Both the position numbers and the translations under genes were made by a program. The notes beneath the pieces were generated by a model that saw only the letters and a list, made by a program, of their open reading frames with translations, searched no databases and was not told the origin of the DNA. A stretch of DNA of 29,610 bases from positions 1-29,610 of the IMG/VR virus record IMGVR_UViG_2541047745_000005, one strand, 5' to 3'. Source of the stretch: a virus (Duplodnaviria; Heunggongvirae; Uroviricota; Caudoviricetes). This document shows, piece after piece, positions 7,572 to 16,737 of this stretch (position 1 is its first letter; each line of letters opens with the position of its first letter).

Positions 7572-7716
7572 TATATCTGAATTTCACAGCGCATCTCACG
7601 CGCATATTAACGAGAGCCTTTCAGTAAGCGAGCCTGAGAAATGCCGTTATAGGTGGCGACCTCTCTCGGGCGGCTTTTCTGTGAGACAGGCTCACTTTCT
7701 AAAAGGTAAAGACGCA

Positions 7717-8259
7717 ATGAACTACCCAACCGTTGTTAACGATATAGATTTCAGAGACCTAATTTTTGTAGCAAACAACGATCCGGTTACAGATTCTTTT
7801 ATGGTGGCAAAAGCATTTGGAAAGCTGCCGAAGAACGTAGTTCGTGACATTGAGCGAACCATAGAAGCTTGCCCTCCTGAGTTTGATACAAAGCTCAACT
7901 TTGAGCTTTGCTATAAAAACAATGAGTTACAGAATGGTAAGCCGCAAAAATTCTACCGTCTCCGCAAGGATGGGTTGATGCTTTTGGTTATGTCCTACAC
8001 CAAAAAAGAAGCAATGCGTATCAAAATTGCTTACATCAACGCATTTAACTGGATGTACGCCATGCTTCAGGTTGGTCATCGTCAATTTGAAGAAGAGAGA
8101 AATGCCGTAATGCTGGAGTACATGAAAGAGAAGGATGTTGCCAGCATGTCAGGTCGCCTGCTTAATCGCTGGGGAAAAATTAAGAAGCCTCAGCTACTGG
8201 CGAGAATTGAACGCCTTGAACAGCACGGGCAAACCGTAATTCCCGGACTCACCAATTAA
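7717..8259 (+). CDS. Rha-family phage regulatory protein (putative)
   Basis: N-terminal region (VVNDIDFRDLIF...VAKAFGKLPKNVVRDIERTIE) resembles the Rha domain; AT-richer than neighbours; lone gene between lysis and packaging modules. Start taken at ATG 7717 (AAGG RBS) rather than GTG 7681. Confidence 0.55.
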   Translation: MNYPTVVNDIDFRDLIFVANNDPVTDSFMVAKAFGKLPKNVVRDIERTIEACPPEFDTKLNFELCYKNNELQNGKPQKFYRLRKDGLMLLVMSYTKKEAMRIKIAYINAFNWMYAMLQVGHRQFEEERNAVMLEYMKEKDVASMSGRLLNRWGKIKKPQLLARIERLEQHGQTVIPGLTN

Positions 8260-8545
8260 CGGCAGTACCGCGAAACAACCCAAGCCAGTAAGTGGGGAAA
8301 TAACACTGGCAGCCACTGAAAGATGAACCCCCTGCCTGATGGCAAAAAAGATTCTTTGTGGTGGCGGACTGATGGAAAGACATCGGTTATTGCAGAGGCC
8401 ATTCAATGAGTGGTCTCGACAATGGCTTATACCATGCACGGGATAACTTAACTGATATCCCTTTTAACGGATAAACGGAGCCAATAATGGCAGAAAATGT
8501 CGGTATTATGGCAGTGAAATTTGGATAAATCGGAGATTAGTACAT

Positions 8546-8896
8546 ATGCCGCCACGAATCCCAAAAGCCTGCCGTGTTCGCGGCTGCCGCCATACCACTA
8601 CTGACCCGTCAGGCTACTGCGAAAGCCACAAAAGCGAAGGCTGGACGCAATATAAGCCAGGTCAGTCCCGTCATCAGCGCGGTTATGGTTCGAAGTGGGA
8701 TGTTATCCGTGAACGTGTGCTGAAGCGTGACAAAGGGCTGTGTCAGTTGTGCCTGCGTGTCGGTGTGGTGCGTGAGGCGAAAACCGTTGACCACATCATC
8801 CCTAAAGCGCATGGCGGCACTGATGCAGACTGCAATCTGCAGAGCCTGTGCTGGCCGTGTCATAAGGCGAAGACGGCCCGTGAACGACTGAAGTGA
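8546..8896 (+). CDS. HNH endonuclease (terminase-associated)
   Basis: Cys pairs and His motif (CRVRGCRH..., VDHIIPKAHGG...CNLQSLCWPCH); position immediately upstream of terminase genes, as in HK97-like phages; GGAG RBS. Confidence 0.8.
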   Translation: MPPRIPKACRVRGCRHTTTDPSGYCESHKSEGWTQYKPGQSRHQRGYGSKWDVIRERVLKRDKGLCQLCLRVGVVREAKTVDHIIPKAHGGTDADCNLQSLCWPCHKAKTARERLK

Positions 8897-9021
8897 TAAT
8901 AATTCTCAACTGTCTGAGGGGAGGGGCGGGTCAAATCCCTGTGACCTGACGTCTTCCGGACTGCCCGCCCCATCGTTTTTTTATACCCGCGAAAAATGAA
9001 ATTTAACCAGGAGTGCCGCAT

Positions 9022-9507
9022 ATGGCTGGAACGGCGGGGCGTTCCGGGCGTCGCCCCAAGCCAACGGCGCGCAAGGCGCTGGCCGGAAACCCCGGCAAGC
9101 GAGCCCTGAATAAAGATGAACCTGTTTTTACGCCCATCAAAGGTGTTGAGCCACCGGAGTGGTTCGCAGAAGAAAATCTCCCTCTCGCCACGATCATGTG
9201 GCAACTGACAACCAAAGAACTCTGCGGTCAGGGCCTGTTGTGCGTGACTGACCTCGCGGTGCTTGAGCGGTGGTGCGTGGCCTACGAGTTCTGGCGACGT
9301 GCCGTGAAAAATATTGCCAGACAGGGCAACACCATCACCGGTGCAATGGGCGGCAGGGTCAAAAATCCGGAGCTGACCGCCAAAAAAGAACAGGAGTCCG
9401 AGATGAGCAGTACGGGGGCAATGCTCGGACTCGACCCCAGCAGCCGCCAGCGTCTGATTGGCCTGGCGGGGAAGAAGAAAGCCACTAACCCGTTTCTGAC
9501 AATCTGA
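9022..9507 (+). CDS. terminase small subunit
   Basis: AGGAG RBS at 9009-9013, 8 nt before ATG 9022; basic N-terminus; directly precedes the large terminase subunit. Confidence 0.7.
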   Translation: MAGTAGRSGRRPKPTARKALAGNPGKRALNKDEPVFTPIKGVEPPEWFAEENLPLATIMWQLTTKELCGQGLLCVTDLAVLERWCVAYEFWRRAVKNIARQGNTITGAMGGRVKNPELTAKKEQESEMSSTGAMLGLDPSSRQRLIGLAGKKKATNPFLTI

Positions 9508-9520
9508 AAATCATCGAATC

Positions 9521-11254
9521 ATGAGCCGGAAATCTTACCCCAACGTAAATGCTGCCAATCAGTATGCCCGGAATGTCGTGCGCGGAAAGATTGTGGCCTG
9601 CCAGTTTGTGATTCAGGCCTGCCAGCGCCATCTTGATGACCTGATGGCGGAAAAAAGTAAGTCGTTTCGTTACCGCTTCGACAAGGACCTGGCTGAACGG
9701 GCCGCGAAATTTATTCAGCTGTTGCCGCACACCAAGGGGGAGTGGGCATTCAAACGGATGCCCATCACGCTGGAGCCGTGGCAGCTATTTGTGATCTGCT
9801 GTGCGTTTGGCTGGGTCAATAAAGGCACCCGGTTGCGCCGCTTCCGGGAGGTGTACACCGAAATCCCCCGTAAGAACGGCAAATCAGCAATCTCTGCCGG
9901 TGTTGCCCTGTATTGTTTTGCCTGTGATAACGAGTTTGGCGCGGAAGTGTATTCCGGTGCCACGACAGAGAAACAGGCGTGGGAAGTCTTTCGCCCGGCG
10001 CGACTGATGTGTAAACGCACACCCATGCTGACGGAAGCGTTCGGGATTGAGGTTAACGCCTCAAACATGAACCGTCCGGAGGATGGCGCGCGGTTTGAAC
10101 CGCTGATCGGCAACCCCGGTGATGGCTCATCACCCCACTGTGCGGTGGTGGATGAATATCACGAGCATGCCACCGATGCGCTTTATACCACAATGCTTAC
10201 CGGGATGGGGGCGCGACGTCAGCCACTGATGTGGGCCATCACCACCGCCGGGTACAACATTGAGGGGCCGTGCTACGACAAGCGGCGGGAAGTCATCGAG
10301 ATGCTCAACGGCTCGGTGCCTAACGATGAACTGTTCGGGATCATCTATACCGTTGATGAAGGTGACGACTGGACCGACCCGCAGGTGCTGGAAAAAGCCA
10401 ATCCAAATATTGGCGTGTCGGTTTATCGCGAATTTTTGTTAAGTCAGCAGCAGCGTGCGAAAAATAACGCCCGTCTGGCAAACGTCTTTAAAACAAAACA
10501 CCTCAATATCTGGGTGTCGGCGCGTTCGGCGTATTTCAACCTGGTGAGCTGGCAGAGCTGCGAGGATAAATCACTGACCCTTGAGCAGTTCGAGGGGCAG
10601 CCGTGCATTCTGGCCTTTGACCTGGCGCGTAAGCTGGATATGAACAGCATGGCGCGACTTTATACCCGCGAGATTGACGGTAAAACGCATTACTACAGTG
10701 TGGCCCCGCGCTTCTGGGTACCGTATGACACGGTGTACAGCGTCGAGAAAAATGAAGATAGACGGACAGCCGAACGCTTTCAGAAATGGGTGGAAATGGG
10801 CGTCCTGACCGTTACCGATGGTGCAGAGGTGGATTATCGCTACATCCTCGAGGAGGCCAAAGCGGCGAACAAAATCAGCCCGGTCAGTGAGTCACCCATC
10901 GACCCCTTCGGGGCGACCGGGCTCTCACATGACCTTGCTGATGAAGATCTGAATCCCGTCACTATCGTCCAGAACTTCGCCAATATGTCCGATCCGATGA
11001 AAGAGCTGGAAGCAGCGATTGAATCGGGACGCTTTCATCATGACGGCAATCCCATCATGACCTGGTGTATCGGCAATGTGGTCGGCAAAAACATGCCAGG
11101 TAACGATGATGTGGTGAAGCCCGTCAAAGAGCAGGCGGAAAACAAAATCGATGGTGCAGTTGCGCTGATTATGGCGGTTGGCAGAGCCATGCTGTACGAG
11201 AAAGAAGACACGCTGTCTGACCACATTGAGTCCTATGGGATCCGCTCGCTTTAA
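9521..11254 (+). CDS. terminase large subunit (HK97-like)
   Basis: 577 aa; ATPase region then nuclease region (VVDEYHEH, acidic motifs); canonical position before the portal gene. Confidence 0.85.
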
Positions 11255-11265
11255 CTGAGGTAATT

Positions 11266-11448
11266 ATGATCATGCTGATTCTCGCGCCTCTGGTGGGCGT
11301 GCTGGGGGCGCTTTTGCTGGCGTATGGTGCCTGGCTGATTTATCCCCCGGCGGGGTTTGTTGTTGCCGGGGCGTTGTGCCTGTTCTGGTCGTGGCTGGTG
11401 GCGCGATATCTCGACCGTACACAGTCGTCTGTCGGCGGAGGTAAATAG
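11266..11448 (+). CDS. small hydrophobic protein (two predicted TM helices), unknown function
   Basis: 60 aa, [26 protein letters not shown]...; GAGGT RBS; fits exactly between terminase and portal with overlapping stop/start. Confidence 0.4.
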
Positions 11449-12689
11449 TGTTCTTTTCGGGATTATTTCAACGAAAAAGTGACGCACCGGTGACCACGCC
11501 AGCAGAGCTGGCGGATGCTATCGGGTTGTCCTACGACACCTATACCGGAAAGCAGATCAGCAGCCAGCGGGCCATGCGACTGACGGCGGTTTTTTCCTGT
11601 GTCAGGGTGCTGGCGGAGTCGGTCGGGATGTTGCCCTGCAATCTGTATCACCTGAACGGCAGCCTTAAACAGAGAGCCACCGGCGAACGTCTGCATAAGC
11701 TGATCTCCACGCATCCCAATGGCTATATGACGCCGCAGGAGTTCTGGGAGCTGGTGGTCACCTGTCTGTGCCTGAGGGGAAACTTTTACGCCTACAAAGT
11801 GAAAGCATTTGGCGAAGTGGCTGAACTGCTGCCCGTCGATCCCGGCTGTGTGGTACCGAAGCTTAACAGTAGCTGGGAACCGGTCTATCAGGTCACATTC
11901 CCGGATGGCTCCGCGGATGTACTGAGCCAGGAGGATATCTGGCATGTGCGCACGCTGACGCTGGACGGACTGGTGGGGCTGAATCCCATCGCCTATGCCC
12001 GCGAGGCAATATCGCTGGCGGCAGCGACCGAAGAGCACGGGGCCAGACTGTTCAGCAATGGCGCGGTGACGTCGGGTGTGTTGCGTACAGAGCAGACGCT
12101 GTCGGATCAGGCTTATGAGCGCCTGAAGAAAGATTTTGAGGAGCGTCACACCGGGCTTGGCAATGCTCACCGCCCGATGATCCTTGAGATGGGGCTGGAC
12201 TGGAAGTCGATGGCGCTGAACGCCGAGGACAGCCAGTTCCTGGAAACCCGCAAGTTTCAGCTTGAAGAAATCTGTCGTCTGTTCCGTGTGCCATTGCACA
12301 TGGTGCAGAACACCGATCGCGCCACCTTCAACAATATCGAAGAGCTGGGGCTGGGATTTATCAACTATTCACTGGTGCCGTATCTGACCCGCATTGAGCA
12401 GCGGATCAACACCGGACTGGTACGAAAAAGTAAGCAGGGCGTTTATTACGCCAAATTTAACGCCGGGGCGTTACTGCGCGGGGATATGAAGTCCCGTTTT
12501 GAAGCCTACGCCACCGGGATCAACTGGGGAATTTACTCTCCCAATGACTGCCGCGACCTGGAAGATATGAATCCGCGTCCCGGTGGTGATGTCTATCTCA
12601 CACCGATGAACATGACCACGAAGCCCTCCGATGGCAGTAAAGCCGGTAAGCAGAAGGATAACGCCAATGCAGACGAAACAACGTCTTGA
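11448..12689 (+). CDS. portal protein (HK97 family)
   Basis: 413 aa; GTG start with GGAGGT RBS; position after terminase and before prohead protease. Confidence 0.8.
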   Translation: MFFSGLFQRKSDAPVTTPAELADAIGLSYDTYTGKQISSQRAMRLTAVFSCVRVLAESVGMLPCNLYHLNGSLKQRATGERLHKLISTHPNGYMTPQEFWELVVTCLCLRGNFYAYKVKAFGEVAELLPVDPGCVVPKLNSSWEPVYQVTFPDGSADVLSQEDIWHVRTLTLDGLVGLNPIAYAREAISLAAATEEHGARLFSNGAVTSGVLRTEQTLSDQAYERLKKDFEERHTGLGNAHRPMILEMGLDWKSMALNAEDSQFLETRKFQLEEICRLFRVPLHMVQNTDRATFNNIEELGLGFINYSLVPYLTRIEQRINTGLVRKSKQGVYYAKFNAGALLRGDMKSRFEAYATGINWGIYSPNDCRDLEDMNPRPGGDVYLTPMNMTTKPSDGSKAGKQKDNANADETTS

Positions 12690-13317
12690 TGTACCGCTGA
12701 GTCTGAAATCTGTCAGTGACTCCGGTGAGTTTGAAGGGTATGGCTCCGTCTTTGGTGTAAAGGACAGCCACGATGATGTGGTGATGTCCGGGGCATTTGC
12801 TGCTTCCCTGCGGGCGTGGAGTGACAGAAAAGCGTTACCTGCGCTGCTCTGGCAGCACCGCATGGATGAACCCATCGGTGTTTACACCGAAATGAAGGAA
12901 GACGATGTCGGGCTTTACGTCAGGGGACGGTTGCTTATTGATGATGATCCCCTCGCAAAACGCGCACATGCACACATGAAGGCCGGTTCGTTAACCGGCC
13001 TTTCTATTGGGTACGTCCTGAAAGACTGGGAATACGACCGGAGCAAAGAAGCCTTTCTGCTGAAAGAAATCGACCTCTGGGAAGTCAGCCTGGTGACGTT
13101 CCCGTCTAACGACGAGGCGCGGATCAGCGACGTCAAGAACGCACTGGCCCGCGGGGAAATCCCCGAACAGAAAAAAATCGAAAGAGTCCTGCGTGATGTC
13201 GGACTCTCCCGTACCCAGGCCAAAGCATTCATGGCCGGGGGCTATGGCGCACTGTCCCTGCGCGACGCTGAGGATGTGGGCTCTGCACTGAATGCACTGA
13301 AAAATCTGAACTTCTAA
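12667..13317 (+). CDS. prohead maturation protease (HK97 family, U35-like)
   Basis: About 216 aa between portal and capsid genes; N-terminal fold-like sequence (FEGYGSVFGVKDSHDDVVMSGAF); start taken at ATG 12667. Confidence 0.75.
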   Translation: MQTKQRLDVPLSLKSVSDSGEFEGYGSVFGVKDSHDDVVMSGAFAASLRAWSDRKALPALLWQHRMDEPIGVYTEMKEDDVGLYVRGRLLIDDDPLAKRAHAHMKAGSLTGLSIGYVLKDWEYDRSKEAFLLKEIDLWEVSLVTFPSNDEARISDVKNALARGEIPEQKKIERVLRDVGLSRTQAKAFMAGGYGALSLRDAEDVGSALNALKNLNF

Positions 13318-13331
13318 TCAGGAGAAATACG

Positions 13332-14537
13332 ATGGCGGTTGATATTAAAGATGTCGAACAGGTCGCGCAGGAGCTGCAGCAGAAGTTTGACGACTTCAAA
13401 GCAAAGAACGACAAGCGCGTGGATGCGATTGAGCAGGAAAAAGGCAAGCTTGCCGGGCAGGTGGAAACCCTGAACGGAAAACTCAGCGAGCTGGAAAACC
13501 TCAAAAGCGATCTTGAAAAAGAGCTGCTTGAGCTGAAACGTCCGGCAGGTGGTGCGCAAAATAAACTGACCACCGAGCATAAAGAAGCGTTTGTGGGCTT
13601 CCTGCGTAAAGGCCGTGAAGATGGTCTGCGCGATCTGGAGCGCAAGGCATTACAGGTGGGCACCGATGAAGACGGCGGCTATGCCGTGCCGGAAGCGCTG
13701 GATCGCAACATTCTGACCTTGCTGAAAGATGAAGTGGTGATGCGTCAGGAAGCCACGGTGATCACCATTGGTGGTTCCGACTACAAAAAACTGGTGAATC
13801 TGGGCGGCACGGCTTCCGGATGGGTTGGCGAGACTGACGCGCGCTCCCAGACTGCCACCTCAAAACTGGGCCTGATTGAACCTTTCATGGGGGAAATCTA
13901 CGGTAACCCGCAGGCCACCCAGAAAATGCTGGATGATGCCTTTTTCAACGTGGAAGCATGGATCAACAGCGAGCTGGCAACCGAATTTGCCGAACAGGAA
14001 GAAATTGCCTTTACCTCAGGCGATGGCACCAAGAAGCCGAAAGGGTTCCTGGCGTATGAATCCACTGATGAAACCGATAAGGTCCGGGCGTTCGGCAAAC
14101 TTCAGCATATTGTATCCGGCGAAGCGACGGCGGTGACCGCAGACGCCATTATCAAACTGATTTACACGCTGCGTAAGGCACACCGCACTGGCGCGAAGTT
14201 CATGATGAACAACAACAGCCTGTTTGCCATCCGTCTGCTGAAAGACAGCGAGGGTAACTATCTGTGGCGTCCGGGGCTGGAGCTGGGGCAGCCGTCCTCT
14301 CTGGCGGGTTACGGTATCGCTGAAAACGAACAGATGCCGGATATCGCCGCTGATGCGAAAGCCATTGCATTTGGTAACTTCAAACGGGGTTACACCATCG
14401 TTGACCGTATCGGCACCCGCATTCTGCGTGACCCGTACACCAATAAACCGTTTGTCGGTTTTTATACCACCAAGCGCACCGGCGGGATGCTGGTCGATTC
14501 GCAGGCCATCAAACTGCTGAAGATTGCAGCGGCGTAA
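13332..14537 (+). CDS. major capsid protein (HK97 fold) with N-terminal coiled-coil delta/scaffold domain
   Basis: 401 aa; first ~100 aa strongly coiled-coil (EQVAQELQQKFDDFKAKNDKRVDAIEQEKGKLAGQVETLNGKLSELENLKSDLEKELLELK); AGGAGA RBS. Confidence 0.85.
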   Translation: MAVDIKDVEQVAQELQQKFDDFKAKNDKRVDAIEQEKGKLAGQVETLNGKLSELENLKSDLEKELLELKRPAGGAQNKLTTEHKEAFVGFLRKGREDGLRDLERKALQVGTDEDGGYAVPEALDRNILTLLKDEVVMRQEATVITIGGSDYKKLVNLGGTASGWVGETDARSQTATSKLGLIEPFMGEIYGNPQATQKMLDDAFFNVEAWINSELATEFAEQEEIAFTSGDGTKKPKGFLAYESTDETDKVRAFGKLQHIVSGEATAVTADAIIKLIYTLRKAHRTGAKFMMNNNSLFAIRLLKDSEGNYLWRPGLELGQPSSLAGYGIAENEQMPDIAADAKAIAFGNFKRGYTIVDRIGTRILRDPYTNKPFVGFYTTKRTGGMLVDSQAIKLLKIAAA

Positions 14538-14544
14538 TCACTCA

Positions 14545-14572
14545 GGGGCGCGGAACCGCGCCCCCTGTTCTG
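14545..14572 (+). terminator. candidate terminator or attenuator after the capsid gene
   Basis: Perfect GC hairpin GGGGCGCGG-(loop)-CCGCGCCCC followed by a weak U-rich tract (CTGTTCTG). Confidence 0.4.
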
Positions 14573-14586
14573 ACGGGTGAAGAATC

Positions 14587-14787
14587 ATGATCCTGAAACA
14601 AGATCTGAAATGGTCACCGGACGGTATGCGTGTTGAGGTCATTCGGGCCGGTGAGTATGACGACGGGGCACTTCCTGCCCGGGTGCAGGAGATTGCACTT
14701 CAGGCCGGGTTAGCAGAGCGCGGAATCAGTGCAAAAAGCAGTAAAGCGGCAAAAGAGAAAAAAGCCACGACCAGTAAAGAGGGCTGA
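14587..14787 (+). CDS. hypothetical small head-module protein
   Basis: 66 aa ORF filling the gap between capsid and connector genes; Lys-rich C-terminus; no motif recognised. Confidence 0.35.
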   Translation: MILKQDLKWSPDGMRVEVIRAGEYDDGALPARVQEIALQAGLAERGISAKSSKAAKEKKATTSKEG

Positions 14788-14789
14788 GT

Positions 14790-15113
14790 ATGCTTCTGAC
14801 AATGGAAGAGATTAAAGCCCAACTCCGGCTGGATGAGGATTTCGATGCTGATGACCGCCATCTGCAACTGCTGGCCTGTGCGGCACAAAAGCGGACGGAA
14901 ACGTATCTGAACCGGAAGCTCTATGCACCGGATGAAACCATTCCGGACAGCGACCCGGACGGGCTACACCTGCCGGATGATATTCGTCTGGGGATGCTGA
15001 TGCTTATCAGCCATTTTTACGAAAACCGCTCGTCGGTTACAGACGTTGAGAAAATGGAGTTGCCAATGAGTTTTAACTGGTTGGTTGTTCCTTATCGCCT
15101 TATACCACTATGA
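14790..15113 (+). CDS. head-tail connector (gp6-like)
   Basis: 107 aa; N-terminal MEEIKAQLRLDEDFDADD is typical of this family; conserved position after the capsid gene. Confidence 0.7.
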   Translation: MLLTMEEIKAQLRLDEDFDADDRHLQLLACAAQKRTETYLNRKLYAPDETIPDSDPDGLHLPDDIRLGMLMLISHFYENRSSVTDVEKMELPMSFNWLVVPYRLIPL

Positions 15114-15520
15114 AAATTCGTCAGGCGCAGACCAGCGCAACCTACATTCTGCCGGACCCCGGCGAACTGAATAAACGCGTCCTGATCCGCCAGCGGGTGG
15201 ATATGCCCGCGGATAACTTTGGCGTGGAGCCTCAATACCCGGTTGCGTTCCGGGCATGGGCGAAGGTTATCCAGACCAGTGCCACCACCTGGCAGGAAAC
15301 CGCGCAGACCGGAGACGCCATCACCCATTACATCACCATTCGCTACCGCCGGGGGATCACTGCTGATTATGAGGTGGTCTGTGATGACAGTGTGTACCGG
15401 GTGAAACGTCAGCGCGATCTGAACGGGGCGCGGCGCTTTCTGCTGCTGGAGTGTACGGAACTGGGCGAATTTACGCAGAGTCACGGAGGCAGCAATGGCG
15501 ACTCCCTTTTTTCACGTTGA
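15110..15520 (+). CDS. head closure / head-tail adaptor protein
   Basis: 136 aa; ATGA overlap with the connector gene; order and size fit HK97-type head completion genes. Confidence 0.65.
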   Translation: MKIRQAQTSATYILPDPGELNKRVLIRQRVDMPADNFGVEPQYPVAFRAWAKVIQTSATTWQETAQTGDAITHYITIRYRRGITADYEVVCDDSVYRVKRQRDLNGARRFLLLECTELGEFTQSHGGSNGDSLFSR

Positions 15521-16001
15521 TGTTCAGCAGCCTGCGGAGATGCGCTTTAACCGCGCCCGTGTCCGGCGGGCGTTTGTCACGATTGGGCAGCGTCATATGC
15601 GTGATGCCCGTCGGCTGGTGATGCGCCGTGCGCGGTCGGCACCGGGTGAAAACCCCGGTTATCAGACCGGACGCCTGGCTCGTTCGATTGGTTACATGGT
15701 GCCGAGAGCCAGTAAAAAGCGAGCCGGTTTTATGACACGCATTGCCCCTAACCAGCGCAACGGGAAGGGGAACCGGATGATCTCTGGTGACTTCTATCCG
15801 GCGTTTCTGTTTTTTGGTGTCCGGGGAGGAGCAAAACGTCGTCGTAGTCATCATCGTGGTGCATCCGGTGGCAGCGGCTGGCGGCTGGCTCCACGTAATA
15901 ACTTTATGGTGGAAACGCTTGAAAAGAACCGCAGCTGGACACGCTATTTTCTGGCGCGGGAATTGCGTAAATCACTGAAGCCGGAGCGACGACACAGATG
16001 A
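15495..16001 (+). CDS. HK97 gp10-like neck/tail-completion protein
   Basis: 168 aa basic protein; GGAGG RBS; syntenic position. Confidence 0.55.
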   Translation: MATPFFHVDVQQPAEMRFNRARVRRAFVTIGQRHMRDARRLVMRRARSAPGENPGYQTGRLARSIGYMVPRASKKRAGFMTRIAPNQRNGKGNRMISGDFYPAFLFFGVRGGAKRRRSHHRGASGGSGWRLAPRNNFMVETLEKNRSWTRYFLARELRKSLKPERRHR

Positions 16002-16558
16002 AACTGACGCCTGTTATTGCTGCGCTGCGTGCCCGCTGCCCGTATTTTGAAAACCGGGTAGCAGGCGCGGCACAGTTCAAAAATCTGCCGGAGGTCGGAA
16101 AGCTGAGACTCCCGGCGGCGTATGTGGTACCGGGTGATGACTCTCCGGGAGAAAACAAAAGCCAGACCGACTACTGGCAGGAGCTGAAAGAGGGCTTCTC
16201 CGTGGTTGTCATACTGAGTAACGGGCGTGATGAGCGCGGTCAGTTTGCCTCGTATGATGTGGTGGACGATGTCCGGCAGATGCTCTTTAAGGCTCTGCTG
16301 GGCTGGAACCCGGAAGCGTGCGGTAACCCGATTACCTATGACGGCGGCACGCTGCTGGATCTGAATCGTCATGAGCTGATTTATCAGTTCGATTTTTCGG
16401 TCATCAGCGAGCTGACCGAAGACGATACCCGCCAGCAGGATGACCTGAACAGTCTGGATGAACTGCGAACGCTGGCGATTGATGTTGATTATCTCGATCC
16501 CGGTAACGGGCCTGACGGCGATATCGAACATCACACCGAAATAACCCTTCCTTCCTGA
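15998..16558 (+). CDS. tail-completion / tail-terminator-like protein
   Basis: 186 aa; overlapping start (ATGA) with the upstream gene; immediately precedes the sheath gene cluster. Confidence 0.45.
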   Translation: MKLTPVIAALRARCPYFENRVAGAAQFKNLPEVGKLRLPAAYVVPGDDSPGENKSQTDYWQELKEGFSVVVILSNGRDERGQFASYDVVDDVRQMLFKALLGWNPEACGNPITYDGGTLLDLNRHELIYQFDFSVISELTEDDTRQQDDLNSLDELRTLAIDVDYLDPGNGPDGDIEHHTEITLPS

Positions 16559-16566
16559 GAATCTTC

Positions 16567-16737
16567 ATGTTTGTGAAACCTGTTAAAGGGCGGTCAGTTC
16601 CTGACCCTGCCCGCGGCGACCTTTTGCCCGCCGAGGGGCGAAATGTTGATGAGAACAACTACTGGCTGCGCCGTGAAGCAGCGGGTGATATCCGGCGCGT
16701 GAATGAAAAGGTGAATACCGATGACGATAAGCTTTAA
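16567..16737 (+). CDS. small DUF2635-like protein preceding the tail sheath (not in the supplied ORF track, under 60 aa)
   Basis: My own translation: MFVKPVKGRSVPDPARGDLLPAEGRNVDENNYWLRREAAGDIRRVNEKVNTDDDKL (56 aa), ending at TAA 16735-16737 and overlapping the sheath start at 16721. A small gene in this position is common in Mu-like tail modules. Confidence 0.5.
   Translation: MFVKPVKGRSVPDPARGDLLPAEGRNVDENNYWLRREAAGDIRRVNEKVNTDDDKL

Noticed and set aside
8897-8960. Calling the GGGGCGGG element a lambda-identical cos site
   Set aside because: Resemblance to the lambda cohesive end is partial and from memory only; kept as a low-confidence candidate rather than a feature.
11463-12299. 278-aa minus-strand ORF antisense to the portal gene
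   Set aside because: Lies entirely inside a well-supported + strand structural gene in GC-rich DNA, where long antisense frames arise by chance; no RBS or recognisable protein features.
15944-16534. 196-aa minus-strand ORF antisense to the tail-completion gene
   Set aside because: Same reasoning: antisense to a tightly coupled operon, Arg-rich low-complexity translation typical of GC-rich out-of-frame reading.
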